DNA of 64,000 nt from Chiloscyllium plagiosum (taxonomy: Eukaryota). The stretch covers positions 26,138,902 through 26,202,901 of the forward strand of contig NC_057749.1 in the NCBI RefSeq assembly GCF_004010195.1, written 5' to 3'. Below are positions 10,390-23,990 of the stretch, piece after piece (position 1 is the stretch's first letter; each line of letters starts with the position of its first letter). The notes below the pieces were generated by a model. That model searched no databases and was not told the DNA's origin. It saw only the letters and a program-made list of their open reading frames with translations. A program made the translations under genes and the position numbers.

Positions 10390-13300
10390 ATGGCCTTTAG
10401 TAGACTTAAATGCTCTTGCTGTCAGATGTGAGAGTTGAGGGAGAAATTCCACATTACTAATGATTATGTCTGCAGAAAGTGTCTTTGGCTGCGAATGTTC
10501 TCAGATCGCATGGATTGGTTGGACCGGCAGTTAGAGGCAATGAGGAATTTACAGGAGCTGGGGGTGTGAAGGATGGCATTTACGGAAAGGGAGAAAAGCT
10601 GTAGATACAGTCAGGAAGATGGGTTAACTCCAGGAAAGATAGGAGGGGCAGGCAGGTAGTGCAGGGGTTTCCTGTGGCTATCCCCATCTCAAACAAGTGT
10701 GTTGTTTTGGAAAATGTAGGGTGTGATTGACTGTCAGGGGAACGTAGCACAAACAGCCAAGTTTCAGGTACCAGAATGGATCCAATGTAATGAAAGCTTT
10801 GTTGGGTTATAAGTGATCGATTATAATAAGGGATTCTCTAGTCAGAGACACAGACAGACGCTTCTGCAGCCGGAAGCGAAAATCAGAATAGTGTGTTGCC
10901 TCCCTGATGCCAAGATCAAGGATATCTTGGAAAGGGTGCAGGATATTCTCAAATGGGAGAGAGACCAGCAGGAAGTCATTGTATACATTGGAACCAATGA
11001 CATAGGAAGGAAAAAGGATGAGATTCTGAAGGGAGAAAATAGAAAGTTCAGCAGGAATTTAAAAAGGTCCTCAAGGTTGAATGCATGGCTGAGGAGCTGG
11101 TGCAGGAGAGAAGGGTTCACCTTTTTGGATCACTGGAATCTCTTCTGGGGTAGAGGTGACCTGTACAAGAAGGGCAGATTGTACCTGGCTTGGAAGGGGA
11201 CTAACATACTGGCAGGAAGATTTGCTAGAACGGTTTGGGTGGATTTAAACTAGTAAGATGGATGGGATGGGTTTAGGGAAATACAGAGGAAAGGGATTAA
11301 TCTGAGACTGGTACAGCTGGGAAAAGGAGTCAAAAAGTCAGGGCAGCCAGGAACAAAGCAGAGAATAATGTAGGATTGATAAATTAAACTGCATTTACTT
11401 CAATGCAAGAGGCCTAATAGGGAAGGCAGACGAACTCAGGGCATGGTTAGGACCAGGGGACTGGGATATCATAGCAATTGCAGAGACCTGGCTCAGGGAT
11501 GGACAGGACTGGCAGCGTAATGTTCCAGGGTACAAAAGCTATAGGAAGAATTAGAATTAGAATTCTTACAGTGTGGAAACAAGCCCTTCGGCCAACAAGT
11601 TCACACTGACCCTCCGAAGTGTAACCCACCCAGACCCATTACCCTACCCTCTCTTTACCCCTGACTAATGCACCAACCTACACATCCCTGAACACTGGAC
11701 AATTTAGAATGGCCAATTCACCTAACTTGCACTCTTTGAATTGTGGGAGGAAACCAGAGCAAACCTACACAGACACAGGGAAAATGTGCAAACTCCATAC
11801 AGACAGTCGCCAGTGGCTGGAATTGAACCTGGATCTCTGGCGCTATGAGGCAGCAGTGTTAACCATTGAGCCACCATGCTGCCTTCAAAGGATAAAAAGG
11901 GAGTGCAAGAGAGGAGGGGGAGTAGTGTTTTTGCTCAGGGAGAGCATTATGGCTGTACTTAGGGAGGCTATTCCTGGGAATACAGCCAGGGAAGTTATTT
12001 GGATGGAACGGAGAAACAGGAAATGGATGATCACCTTATTGGGATTGTATTATAGACCACCAAATAATCAACAGGAAATTGATAAACAAATTTGTAAGAA
12101 GATCTCAGTTATCTGTAAGAATAATAGGGTGGTTATGGTAGGGGATTTTAACTTACCAAACATAGACTGGGATTGCCATGGTGTTAAGGGTTTAAATGGA
12201 GAGGAATTTGTTAAGTGTGCACAAGAAAATTTTCTGATTCAGTATGTGGTGTACCTACTAGAAAAGCTGCAAAACTTCCCTATTCTTGTGAAATAAGACA
12301 GGGCAGGTGACTGAGGTGTCAGTGGGGGGCACTTTTGGGGCCAGCGAGCATAATTCTATTAGTTTTAAAATAGTGATGAGAAAGGATAGACCAGATCTAA
12401 AAGTTAAAGTTATAAATTGGAGGAAGGCTAATTTTGATGGTATTAGGCAAGAACTTTCAAAAGTTGATTGGGGGCAGATGTTCACAGGTAAAGGGACAGA
12501 TGGAAAATGGGAAGCCTTCAAAAAGAGATAACAAGAGTCCAGAGAAAGTATATTCCTGTTAGGGTGAAAGGCAAGGCTGGTAGGTGTAGGGAATGCTGGA
12601 TGACTAGAGAAATTGAGATTTTTGTTAAGAAAAAGAGGAAAGCATGTGTCAGGTATAGACAGCAGAGATTGAGTGAATTCTTAGAAAAGTATCAAGACGG
12701 TAGGAGTATACTTAAGAGGGAAATCAGGAGGGCAGAAAGGGGACATGAGAGACATTTAGCAAATAGGGTTAAGGAGAATCCAAAGGGATTTTATAAATAT
12801 ATTAAGGGTAACTAGGGAGAGATTATGTCCCCTCAAAGGTCAGCAAAGCAGCATATGTGTGGAACCACAAGAGATGGGGGTCGATACTAAATGAGTATTT
12901 TGCATCAGTGTTTACTGTGGAGAAGGTCATGGGAGGTATAGAATGTGGGTAAATAGATGGTGACATCTTAAAAAATGTCCATATTTCAGAGGTGGTGGTG
13001 CTGAATGTCTTGAAATGCATAAAAGTGGATAAACTCTAGGACCCGATCAGGTGTACCATAGAACTCTGTGGGAAGCTCGAGAAATGATTACTAGGCCCCT
13101 GGCTGAGATATTTGTATCATCGATAGTCACAGGTGGAATGCCGGAAGACTGAAGGTTGGCTAACATGGTGCCATTATTTATGAAAGAAGATGGGAAGGAA
13201 AAGCCAGGGAACTATAGAATGGTGAGCCTGATGTCAGTGGTGGGCACGTTGTTGGAGGGAATCCTGAGGGACAGGATTTACATTTATTTGGAAAGGTAAG

Positions 13301-14600
13301 AACTGATTAGGGATAGTGAACATGGCTTTGTGCGTGGGAAATCATGTCTCACAAACTTGATTGAGTTTTTTGAAGTAACAAAAAAGACTGATGAGGGCAA
13401 AGCGGTGGACGTGATCTATATGGACTTCAGTCAGGCATTCGACAAGGTTCCTCATCGTAGACTGGTCAGCAAAGTTAGATTTCATGCAATACAGAGAGAA
13501 CTTGTCATTTGGATAGAGAACTGGTTTGAAGGTAGAAGACAGAGGAGGGTGGTGGTGGATGGTTGCTTTTCACACTGGAGGCCTGTGATCAGTTGTGTGC
13601 CATGAGGCTCGGTGCTGGGTCAACCGCTTTTCATTCTTTATAAATTATTTGGATGTGCACACAGGAGGTATAGTCAGTAAGTTTGCAGATGACACCAAAT
13701 TTAGGGGTATAGTGGACAAGCGAAGAAGACTATCTCAGGGTACAACAGGATCTTGATCAGATGGGCCAATGGGTTGAGGAATGGCAGATGGAGTTGAATT
13801 TAGATGAATGTGAGGTGCTGCATTTTGGAAAGGCAAATCAGGGCAGGACTTATACACTTAATGGTAAGGTCATAGGGGGTGTTGCTAAACAACAAAACCT
13901 TGGAATGCAGGTTCATAGTTCCTTGGAAGTGGAGTCGCAGGTATATAGGATAGTGAAGGTGGTGTTGGTTATGCTTGCCTTTATTGGTCAGTACATTGAG
14001 CATAGGAGTTGGGAAGTCATGTTGCGGCTGTACAGGACATTAGGTTAGGCCGCATTTGGAATATTGTGTGCAATTCTGTTCTCCTCATCGGAAAGATGTT
14101 GTGAAACTCGAAAGGGTTCAGAAAAGATTTACAAGGATGTTGCCAGGGTTGGAGGAATTAATCTACAGGGAGGTGCTGATTAGACTGGGGCTGTTTTCCC
14201 TGGAGCGTTGGAGGCTGGGGGGTGACCTTGTACAGGTTTAGAAAATCATGAAGGGCATGGGTAGGGTAAATAGACAAGGTCTTTTCCCTGGAGTGGGTGA
14301 GTCCAGAAATAGAGGGCATAGGTTTAGGATGAGAAGGGAAAAATTTAAAAGGGGCCTAAGGGGCAATTTTTTCACGCAGTGGGTGGTGCATGTATTGAAT
14401 GAACTGCCAGAGGAATTGGTGGAGGCTGGTATAATTACAGCATTTAAAAAAACATCTGGATGGGTACATGAATAAGAAGAGTTTAGAGAGATATGGACCA
14501 AGTGCTGGCAAATGGGACTAGATTAGGTTAGGATATCTGGTCGACATGGACGACTGGATTTTTTCCGTGGGGTACATCTCTATGACTGTATGACTTTATG
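10390..14600 (+). mobile_element. Near full-length decayed CR1 (HER1-type) LINE: ORF1 with SGNH esterase, ORF2 with APE endonuclease and RT
   Basis: ORF1 VCCLPDAKIKDI...IGTNDIG...FLDHW. Endonuclease YYRPPN...VMVGDFNLPNIDW. RT GKSCLTNLIEFF...YMDFSQAFDKVPH and FADDTK at about 13682. C-terminus LEYCVQF...QKRFTRML. Tail ctctatgact repeats. Stops and frameshifts throughout. Confidence 0.93.
11549..11884 (-). mobile_element. HE1-type V-SINE inserted in the CR1 endonuclease region
   Basis: Similar to 52900-53217; tail (attct)n on the minus strand. CR1 sequence resumes on both sides. Confidence 0.88.
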
Positions 14601-17600
14601 ATATCTGACCTTGTTCACCCAGTCCAACACTAGCACCTCCACATCATGGCTATTTAGATACAGCAGTATAGGATTTCTTGAAGTAGATTGCTGTTCAAAC
14701 CAAATAAACAAGTTGGGAGGAACACACTCTCTTCCCAACCAAAGTACACTCTTGTCAACTATATAACAAAGACAATTTATTTCAGCCCAAACTCGGTGCA
14801 AAAACCACAGTTTACATTATTCAGGAGTGATTTTCCTTTGGAACTTTGCTATCTTGTTTGCATCTGTACTGATAAGACCCCTAAATTTCTGGATTTATCT
14901 CTGCAGAGAAATGTAGAAAATTAAATGTCCTAGAAAAGAAATAAATTTTAATAGTTGCCTATTAAATCTCTTTCAAATAACTTCAGTAGTACTAAACTCG
15001 AGCAACAGATGGAAAACAGCTTTTGAATTAATCCTACTCCCTTACTCCTTCCCCATAGCTCTAATTTTTTCTCCTTTTCAAATATTTAGTCAATTTTACT
15101 TTGAAAGTTATTACTGAATAGGGTTCCACCCTTTTTTAGATACTGTATTCTAGATTTTAATAACATACTGCATAACAAAACTATCTTCTCTCAGGTAACT
15201 AATCCATGCGCAAACAGTGGTCCCATGAAATTTCCTCACCTTCCACGTAACTAATGTATTTACCAAGTTTAAATATATGAGTTAATGGTCCTGTTTAATT
15301 AATGGACTAAGGAATGTCATGAAAGTGAATTCAATGTACAAAGGCAATTAACTCAGCTATTTAGACATTGACAGATCTTTCAGGCTTAATTTCAGCTAAT
15401 TTCAGATTTGACATTTTCTTTACTTTGGTATGTTTTCAGTACTATTTGTTTAACAAAAATAAGGGCTGATATTACAGCTAGGGAATAATTGGTTAGAATA
15501 AGTTACTGTGCTAGCCAGAGTGAGGGAGTTTACAGCTGAAATGATGAAATTTGAAATGTCTGCCAAATATTAAGAATGTTACTTCTGATGTATGGCACAG
15601 AATCAACTCCCTTGCACAGGCAGGCACTGCAACTCCTCCAACAATTTCCTGACAACATCATTTTCACTTAACCGAATTAGGGAAAACAGCAAGATATCTA
15701 AAAAAAGTAAATTCTCTCAAAAAAGACATTGTTCATAATTGGAATTTCTTATCCTGATAAATTTTTTTTTATGGTGAAAATTCTTCTTAATAATAAAAGA
15801 AAAACAGACAACATCCAAAACCTCTTAGTGGTCAGGAATAGAAATATGCGTGCAAAACTGAGGGTATAAATTGCTCTCATTAAATGATCCATTGATTGAA
15901 CAGATTATCAGAAGCCGCAAAGAAATAGGACCTTAGGCTCATTTTAACAATCAGGATGAACTGCAGGGACTTCCAGAGGCAAAGTGCCCACATAGCTCTA
16001 TCTGATTTAGACCACTTACCTGCCCACAGTTGCTCCAAGCTCAGTTTTAAAGTGGGGAAATGAATGCAGGAATGAACGGAAAGAGAAACAAATCAAAGGT
16101 GGTTGAGCTCATGAACAATGGTCCATAGTAGCACAGTGGATCCCTTAACATGTGTTTAGCTCAATGCAGACAAACTCCAGGGGAGCATTAAATTTAGCCC
16201 GCAAAATAACATTTTGAAAAGTATAACAAGCACCTAAAGTGATGGCCTGACATATCTGAATATTATCCGAAGTTCATATGGAACTGATATAGTTTTGGTT
16301 CCCTTGTAGGATATAAGTCCACATAAGCAAGTTATTTTTCTTATTTTTAGCAATTCTTCAATATATTTTTTTAACAAAAGCTATTTTTAGCATAGTTTCA
16401 TGCAGATGGACAGCCGCTACTTGTTTATAATGAACAAAGAAATGATATTCAAATGTGTTTTCAGGTTATTGGTATAGTTCCAGGTAATCAAATGGCCTAC
16501 AGCTCTAGCAACTGAAAGAGAGCTATTAAGGTTGGGCTCATCACGTAGCTATCCAACTGGCTGTTAAAAAAGTAAAATTTTACTTTATGCTCATCTTATT
16601 TACAATGCCTTGCTTGCCATTTAGATGTGCCTATCAAGTCTGAATGCAGTGTCAATTTTAAATGTGCTGAGAATATCGACAATAAAGACCATAAAGAAGT
16701 CAATCTAATTAAGATAAGGATATGGATGTGTGCAAGTCAGGAGAGGGTATGGTGGTGAGGCAAAATTCAAGGTTAGCAGTTTTGCCAAGGTGGACTGGCC
16801 TGGCGATGGGTCAGGTATAGAACTAGAAGGTCAAACAGAATGCAAATAAAGGGAGATAGCATGATGTTTTCAATTGTCTTAGAACAACACCTTTGTTCTT
16901 CCAACATCCACTGTAGAAAAGTCCACTTCCACAAACTAATATCAAACAGGAAGCCTTGAATGGTTTTAAGTGGCTTGCTAAGCTATGTAAAAGGACAATT
17001 AAGATCTGGCATATTGTTGTATGTTTGGAGTAACATAGACGCCAGACAGTGAGGACAGGTGGTTTCCTGCCTTGAAGAACATTAGTAGTCCATTAGACTT
17101 CCATCAATCAAACAGTATACGAGCATGAGAAGTAGAAAACTTGGACCCTGGACACATGGGAAAGCTGACTTCAGATCGGCAAATTATGGCACCAATGGGC
17201 TGCATGTAGCTACTGGATGGAAGCCCCGAAGATAGATGTTCAGGGAATGTAGGAAGCAGCCATGCAAGGGAGTATGACTGAATAGAGAAGGGGTGGAGGT
17301 AATGACATGATTTGCCATGGTGACAGCATGGTCAAGGTGATAAAGTGCCACAGCAACAGACATTGACACTATGTTTGGCAATTCTGGCCAAGGCGCTCTA
17401 AAAACTGTAGGCATGTCAAAACTAGATGTGAAAAGAAACATTCTGGGAGGTGAGAGATGCAGGCATTCAAGGGTCACAGACAAGGAGGGATGGCAAAGGA
17501 ATTGTTGGAATCTGCAGGAAATAGATGGGTCAAGGGTAGATTTATGAGGGAGGAGATACTGATAGTTTTGGAAGAAAAACAGGCCATGTCTAAATATAGA

Positions 17601-18349
17601 CTACTAACAATTAAGATTACCGTTGTTGGTTATTAATGGCCATTAGACAGAAAAACCTGTGTCCTAGCCAACACAACCGAAGCAAGTCAATTCATACAGT
17701 GTAAACTGTACTTTTTTTGCTGCAGGTGTTTGAAGATCATTAATAGCTACCTAATCAAGGACATGATTAAAAGGAAGAAAATGATTTCACTTACAATTCT
17801 CTATGAATGAGTAACATAAAGTCTGCAAATATGTAACAAATATCCACGCCTGCAAATTTTCTTATTCTAACTTGTTTCTGTACTTTGTACAATCTTGCCC
17901 AAGCAGGCAGCAAATGAATTAATATTTAAACTAAAAGGCATTCAATACCAACAATGGAAACAAAATCTTGTAGCTCATTTATACTTGCTCTGTGCCATGA
18001 ACCTTGAGCAACAAATGCTTTAATAATGGTCAAGCTTTATAAGGCAGTCCTTTCTTTTTACAATAATAAGATAGCTGCCAAACAAACTGCCATCAGATGC
18101 CAAAATTCTGTATATGTAACTAAAAGATGTGTGTGATTATGCTATTACTCATTGCTGTAGTTTGGCTTAACGTTAAAAAAAGGTTAAGTTGATGGCAAAT
18201 TAAATCAGTAAGAATCTGAACTTCAAAATTACATGGATTAATTCCTACAATAGACATTTTTGGCATCAGTACTTGGGGTTTTCCTCTGTTTAATGGGTGC
18301 TGCAGAATTAAACTTAGGATGATATTGTAACAGAATTTGGAGCAGCTTC

Positions 18350-18780
18350 AAGTATTAGTCTTTGGCAACATTATCACCTTACAGTCAGAAGATGGTGGTT
18401 CATTTTTCTCTCCAGAACCATAAGTGAAAAATCCTGGTTAACATTCCAGTCCGGTACTGAAGGAATGTTGCAAAGTCAAGATACGATTTTTTAGATGGTG
18501 CATTAAACTAAGGGAGTGGTTGTTCTGTAAGATAAAAGATCACTTGGTCCTATTTGGAAAATAGAAGTTCTGCCAAGTGTCCTGGCTAATACTTATCACT
18601 TAACTACTTGAAAAACAGATGACTTGGTAAGGATTTCATTTTGCTTGACAGAGTTTGCTAAGTGCAAATTGGCTACTGCATTTCCTACATTACAATAGTG
18701 GCTGCATTTCAAAAGCACTTAATTGCTTGCAAAATACACAGAGACATGCTAAAGTCACAAAAGCCGCAATACAATTATAC
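18350..18780 (+). mobile_element. Ancient Deu-domain SINE (SacSINE1/AmnSINE1-like)
   Basis: cagtccggtactgaaggaatgttgc...gtgtcctggctaata...gtgcaaattggctactgcatttcctacattacaa. Related decayed copies near 25070-25270(-), 32200-32460(-), 35330-35535(+), 45425-45620(-) and 63415-63680(-). Confidence 0.65.
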
Positions 18781-18977
18781 TGATTTTAGAATTTTCAAGA
18801 TAGCCTTTCACTCATACACTGGGTACCATTTGTCTCAAGTTCTTGATCCAGTTGGCAGTTTAATACTTACGAACTTTACTAAATCAGTGGTTTAAAAAAA
18901 ACTTTTGCTCAGACATTGCAGAATTACCAGAAAAAATGAGAAGGGATATTATCTTACCATATGGCACATTAATCACT

Positions 18978-21200
18978 TAGAGTCATAGAGATGTACAGCA
19001 TGGATCCAGACCCTTTGGTCCAACCCGTCCATGCCAACCAGATATCCCAACCCAATCTAGTCTCACCTGCCAGCACCTGGCCCATATCCCTCCAAACCCT
19101 TCCTATTCATACACCCATCCACATGCCTCTTAAATGGTGCAATTGTACCAGCCTCCACCACATCCTCTGGCAGCTCATTCCATACACGTACCACCCTCTA
19201 CGTGAAAAGGTTGCCCTCTTTCCCCTCTCACCCTAAACCTATGCCCTCAAGTTCTGGGCTCCCCGATCCCAGGGAAAATACTTTGTCTATTTATCCTAAC
19301 CATGCCCCTCATAATTTTGTAAACCTCTATAAGGTCACACCTCAGCCTCCGACGCTCCAGGGAAAACAGCTCCAGCCTGTTCAGCCTCTCCCTGTAGCTC
19401 AGATCCACCAACCCTGGCAACATCCTTGTAAATCTTTTCTGAACCCTTACATGTTTCACAACATCTTTCAAATAGGAAAGAGACCAGAATTGCACGCAAT
19501 ATTCCAAGTGGCCGAACCAATGTCCTGTACAGCCGCAACATGACCTCCCAACTCCTGTACTCAATACTCTGACCAATAAAGGAAAGCATACCAAACGCCT
19601 TCTTCACTATCCTATCTACCTGTGACTCCACTTTCAAGGAGCTATGAACCTGCACTTCAAGGTCTCTTTGTTCAGCAACACTCCCTANNNNNNNNNNNNN
19701 NNNNNNNNNNNNNNNNNNNNNNNNNNNNNNNNNNNNNNNNNNNNNNNNNNNNNNNNNNNNNNNNNNNNNNNNNNNNNNNNNNNNNNNNNNNNNNNNNNNN
19801 NNNNNNNNNNNNNNNNNNNNNNNNNNNNNNNNNNNNNNNNNNNNNNNNNNNNNNNNNNNNNNNNNNNNNNNNNNNNNNNNNNNNNNNNNNNNNNNNNNNN
19901 NNNNNNNNNNNNNNNNNNNNNNNNNNNNNNNNNNNNNNNNNNNNNNNNNNNNNNNNNNNNNNNNNNNNNNNNNNNNNNNNNNNNNNNNNNNNNNNNNNNN
20001 NNNNNNNNNNNNNNNNNNNNNNNNNNNNNNNNNNNNNNNNNNNNNNNNNNNNNNNNNNNNNNNNNNNNNNNNNNNNNNNNNNNNNNNNNNNNNNNNNNNN
20101 NNNNNNNNNNNNNNNNNNNNNNNNNNNNNNNNNNNNNNNNNNNNNNNNNNNNNNNNNNNNNNNNNNNNNNNNNNNNNNNNNNNNNNNNNNNNNNNNNNNN
20201 NNNNNNNNNNNNNNNNNNNNNNNNNNNNNNNNNNNNNNNNNNNNNNNNNNNNNNNNNNNNNNNNNNNNNNNNNNNNNNNNNNNNNNNNNNNNNNNNNNNN
20301 NNNNNNNNNNNNNNNNNNNNNNNNNNNNNNNNNNNNNNNNNNNNNNNNNNNNNNNNNNNNNNNNNNNNNNNNNNNNNNNNNNNNNNNNNNNNNNNNNNNN
20401 NNNNNNNNNNNNNNNNNNNNNNNNNNNNNNNNNNNNNNNNNNNNNNNNNNNNNNNNNNNNNNNNNNNNNNNNNNNNNNNNNNNNNNNNNNNNNNNNNNNN
20501 NNNNNNNNNNNNNNNNNNNNNNNNNNNNNNNCTTTATACTCTTCTAAGGATTCACTCAATCTATCCTGTCTATACCTGGCATATGCTTCCTTCTTTTACT
20601 TAACCAAACACTGAATTTCTTTAGTCATCTAGCATTCCCTATACCTACCAGCCTTCCCTTTCACCCTGACAGGAATATACATTCTCTGGATTCTTGATAT
20701 CTCATTCCTGAAGGCTTCCCATTTTCCAGCCAACCCTTTACCTGCGAATATCTGCATCCAATCAGCTTTCGAAAGTTCTTGCCTAATACCGTCAAAATTG
20801 TCCTTTCTCCAACTTGGAACTTCAACTTTTAGATCTTGTCTATCCTTTTCCATTACTATTTTAAAATGAATAGAATTATGGTCGCTGGCCCCAAAGTGCT
20901 CNNNNNNNNNNNNNNNNNNNNNNNNNNNNNNNNNNNNNNNNNNNNNNNNNNNNNNNNNNNNNNNNNNNNNNNNAGTCCCAGTCGATGTTTGGAAAGTTAA
21001 AATCCCCTACCATGACTACCCTATTATTCTTACAGATATCTGAGACCTCCTAACAAGCTTGTTTCTCAATTTCCCTCTGACTATTGGGGGGTCTATAATA
21101 CAATCCCAATAAGGTGATCATCCCTTTCTTATTTCTCAGTTCCACCCAAATAACTTCCCTGGATGTATTTCCAGGAATATCCTCCCTCAGCACAGCTGTA
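18978..21200 (-). mobile_element. CR1 LINE (endonuclease to 3' end), spanning two gaps
   Basis: ORFs 21050..21235 (YYRPPN), 20629..20853 and 19247..19655 (LEYCVQFWS). Same family as 10390-14600, in the opposite orientation. Confidence 0.9.
19688..20531. other. Assembly gap (other gaps at 20902-20973, 25630-26254 and 56159-56300)
   Basis: N runs; each lies inside a comparatively young retroelement. Confidence 1.
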
Positions 21201-22299
21201 CTTGTTATCAATATGCAGACAAAACCACAATTCATGCTGATGAGTTTTAGATTATTATATCAGCCTATCAGACATCAGAAATTTTACCTTCCAATCTGAA
21301 TTTAATTTCCAAAAAGGTCTTCGAGTTGTCTAACAATTAAGTTGGAGATGATATTCTTGAATAGGGCAGCATTGTTCCAACATTCTAGCTAGAAAGTGTC
21401 TTTGTAATGTCTTAGCCTAAGCCATCAATTAACTCTTATCTCTGATATGTGGGATATAGGTAAATTAATGTTACTTCTGCAATTCTAATTGATTATATAA
21501 AAGTAAATGAACTCACACCAGTGTGTAATTGTTTTAGCCAAGAGCTGAGTCAACAAGAATGGAAACGATGTGGAGGAAATATATAATTGTTTTTGTATTA
21601 GCTAAAGTGGTATGCCAGCGTGAAACGTGATTGCAAAACAATAGTAGATATTCTGGGCAAATAGATAAGATGTTGTGAGGGGATGAAGTTAAGCTAGATA
21701 TGCCTGTACAAACAGTAGGTATAAACGTCTGTTTCCCACTTTTACAGAGACACAGGAACAAACCCCAATTAAAGAGGTCATAGGGATCAGAATGGCCTCG
21801 GGAGAGGCCCAGATGGAGGGGGTAGATAATGATGAAGAAAGAATATGCCTAACAATGACCTGCAGTGGGATGGGGTCAAATGGCCTTGTGAGGCCAGATA
21901 TAAGCATTTTGTCACAGACAAGGCCGGATAAGGCAAGAGATGGACAGGAGTAATGGGGCCAGTCTTAGGGAAGTGGAGGGTGTAAACAGGGGAGGATCAA
22001 TGTAAAACAAAAGAAACCAAATTATATAAATATTGCGTATGAATTGAATTTGGTGTGTGTATGTCCTCTGCCTTATAGGCACTGTACATAACACCCACTT
22101 GCAAGTGTGAAATAAATGACACTACTGATTCAGATCGTGTCTCGGACTGAAATTATTGAAGTGAGTGAGCCTTGTTTCTCACAGATTCATTAAAATTGAG
22201 AGTTAAAATTCCATACTAAATACTTGATCAAGTAACCCAACTTGACATGCTAGTGCAATCCTGAGAGAATGCTGCATTGTCTGAAGTGGAGAAACTAAG

Positions 22300-23990
22300 T
22301 CAAAGATTTGGCTTTGGGACTGGCATGGGCCCCAGCAATGCATGTGTCTTTATGGGGTATTTGGAAAGTACATCAGTGCTGCTTCCTGCTCTCAGCTGCA
22401 TTTTGGAAAAGCTCATTATTTTCCTTCTAATTTCCATTTTTGACTCACCTCCAAAATGTCCATCTCTGATGCTTCCCTTCCTTGACTTCACAGTTTCCAT
22501 TTCTGGAATCCACTTCAAACTCCACTGACTCCATAGTTACCCCGACTACAATTCCTTACACCCTGGTTCCTGCAAGATTTCCATTATATTCTCCCAGCGT
22601 AACTGTCATCACATCTGTTGTGATGATGCCACCTGAGAGAGGAAATACAGGTCCCGGCCTCCCCATGACATGGCTACAAAACAGACAACACAAAATGTCT
22701 GCACTTAGCCACTGAGCCTACTCACAATGCCTCAAATTAGCCAAACCTGCCACTCCATCCATCACACATACCTCAGGACATGACTCATCTAGCCCCAGCC
22801 CAAGAGAATATACTTCCTCAGATTAACTGATAATGCGCCTCCTGCTTCACAATAGCACAGCCACCTCTGATGTCCTTAGGGCACAGCTGCTCCCACCAAG
22901 AGTCAAGCCTTTACAAAGGGTACCCAGACAAGGAGGCACCAAAAAGGTATTTCGCTTGCCCCCTCAACAATACAAACACATTGATACCAAGATGAAACCC
23001 ACTAACGCCTACTCCAGCCAAGAATCGGAATCGCCTGAGTCAATTAAGAAACTCATTGTCAGAAACTAGACACTTGAATCTTTTCAATTAATGACCTTTA
23101 TTTCTCTTTGTTGTATAACTCACACCACTGTCTAACAACTCACACTTCATTGTTATAAGGGTATAAAACTCCACTGTATTTTCTGTTCAGGGAAGAAGCT
23201 GTGGTTCCTTCTGAACAGCCTGTCAGTGACTGTTTCAGTGGGGTCAAGTCTCTTCCACAATATCGCTGTTTGTTAAATAAATCCTTGTCAGTTCTCAGTC
23301 TGATCTGTGTGTTTGTGATCTCGGACATGTCATCCTTTCTCCTCAACCGAAGATTTCCCCACACCATGATTGACAGGGCCTTCAACCATGTCAGAACTAT
23401 CTCGCACTCACATTCTCACCGATACCCTTCCCAATAGAACTATAAGTGGCCCTTGTCCTCAGTATCCACATCACCACTCCTCACATTCAAAGGATCATCC
23501 TCTGCCATTTCTACCACCTCTAGTGGCATACCACTACCAAACACATCTTCCCCCTCTCCTCCATGTCAGCATTCTGCAGAGACCATTCTCTCTGAGACAC
23601 CCTTATCCACTCCTCCATCACTCATAACATTTCCTCACCTCCCATGGCTGCTTCCTATGCAATCATAGAAGGTGTAACATTTGCCACTCACCTGTTCTGC
23701 CCTCACTATCCAGCACCACAAACACACCTTACAGGTGAAGCAGCATTTTACACATACTTCTTTCAATCTAGTCTACTTTATTTACTGCTCACAATGTGAT
23801 CTCCTTTACATTGGTGAGATCAAACAGACTGGGCGATGGCTCTGCGGAACACTTTTGCTCTGTCTATAGGAACGAGGCCGATCTTCCAATTGCTTAACAT
23901 TTCAATAAACCATCTTGCTCCTGTGTTAACATCTCTGTCCTGGATGTGCGACAGTGGACACAAAAACCTTCACTGGTCACTGACTTTCTG
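22300..23990 (+). mobile_element. Old Penelope-like element (RT and GIY-YIG remnants), interrupted at about 22640-23320
   Basis: GTGMGPSNACVFMGYLE and LPFLD (RT), then SFLLNRRFP and FTHTSFNLVYFIYCSQCDLLYIGE (GIY-YIG). Confidence 0.75.

Noticed and set aside
14800..14929. Minus-strand acceptor (tttcttttctag) as a candidate last PPCDC exon
   Set aside because: The downstream translation shows no similarity to the PPCDC C-terminus.
19622..20614. Long ORFs of 295-330 aa (likewise those across 25570-26595 and 56054-56807)
   Set aside because: Their length comes from N gaps; the real portions are CR1 or PLE sequence.
21522..22093. Possible solo LTR (TGT...CATAACA)
   Set aside because: No convincing TSD and no second copy in the window.
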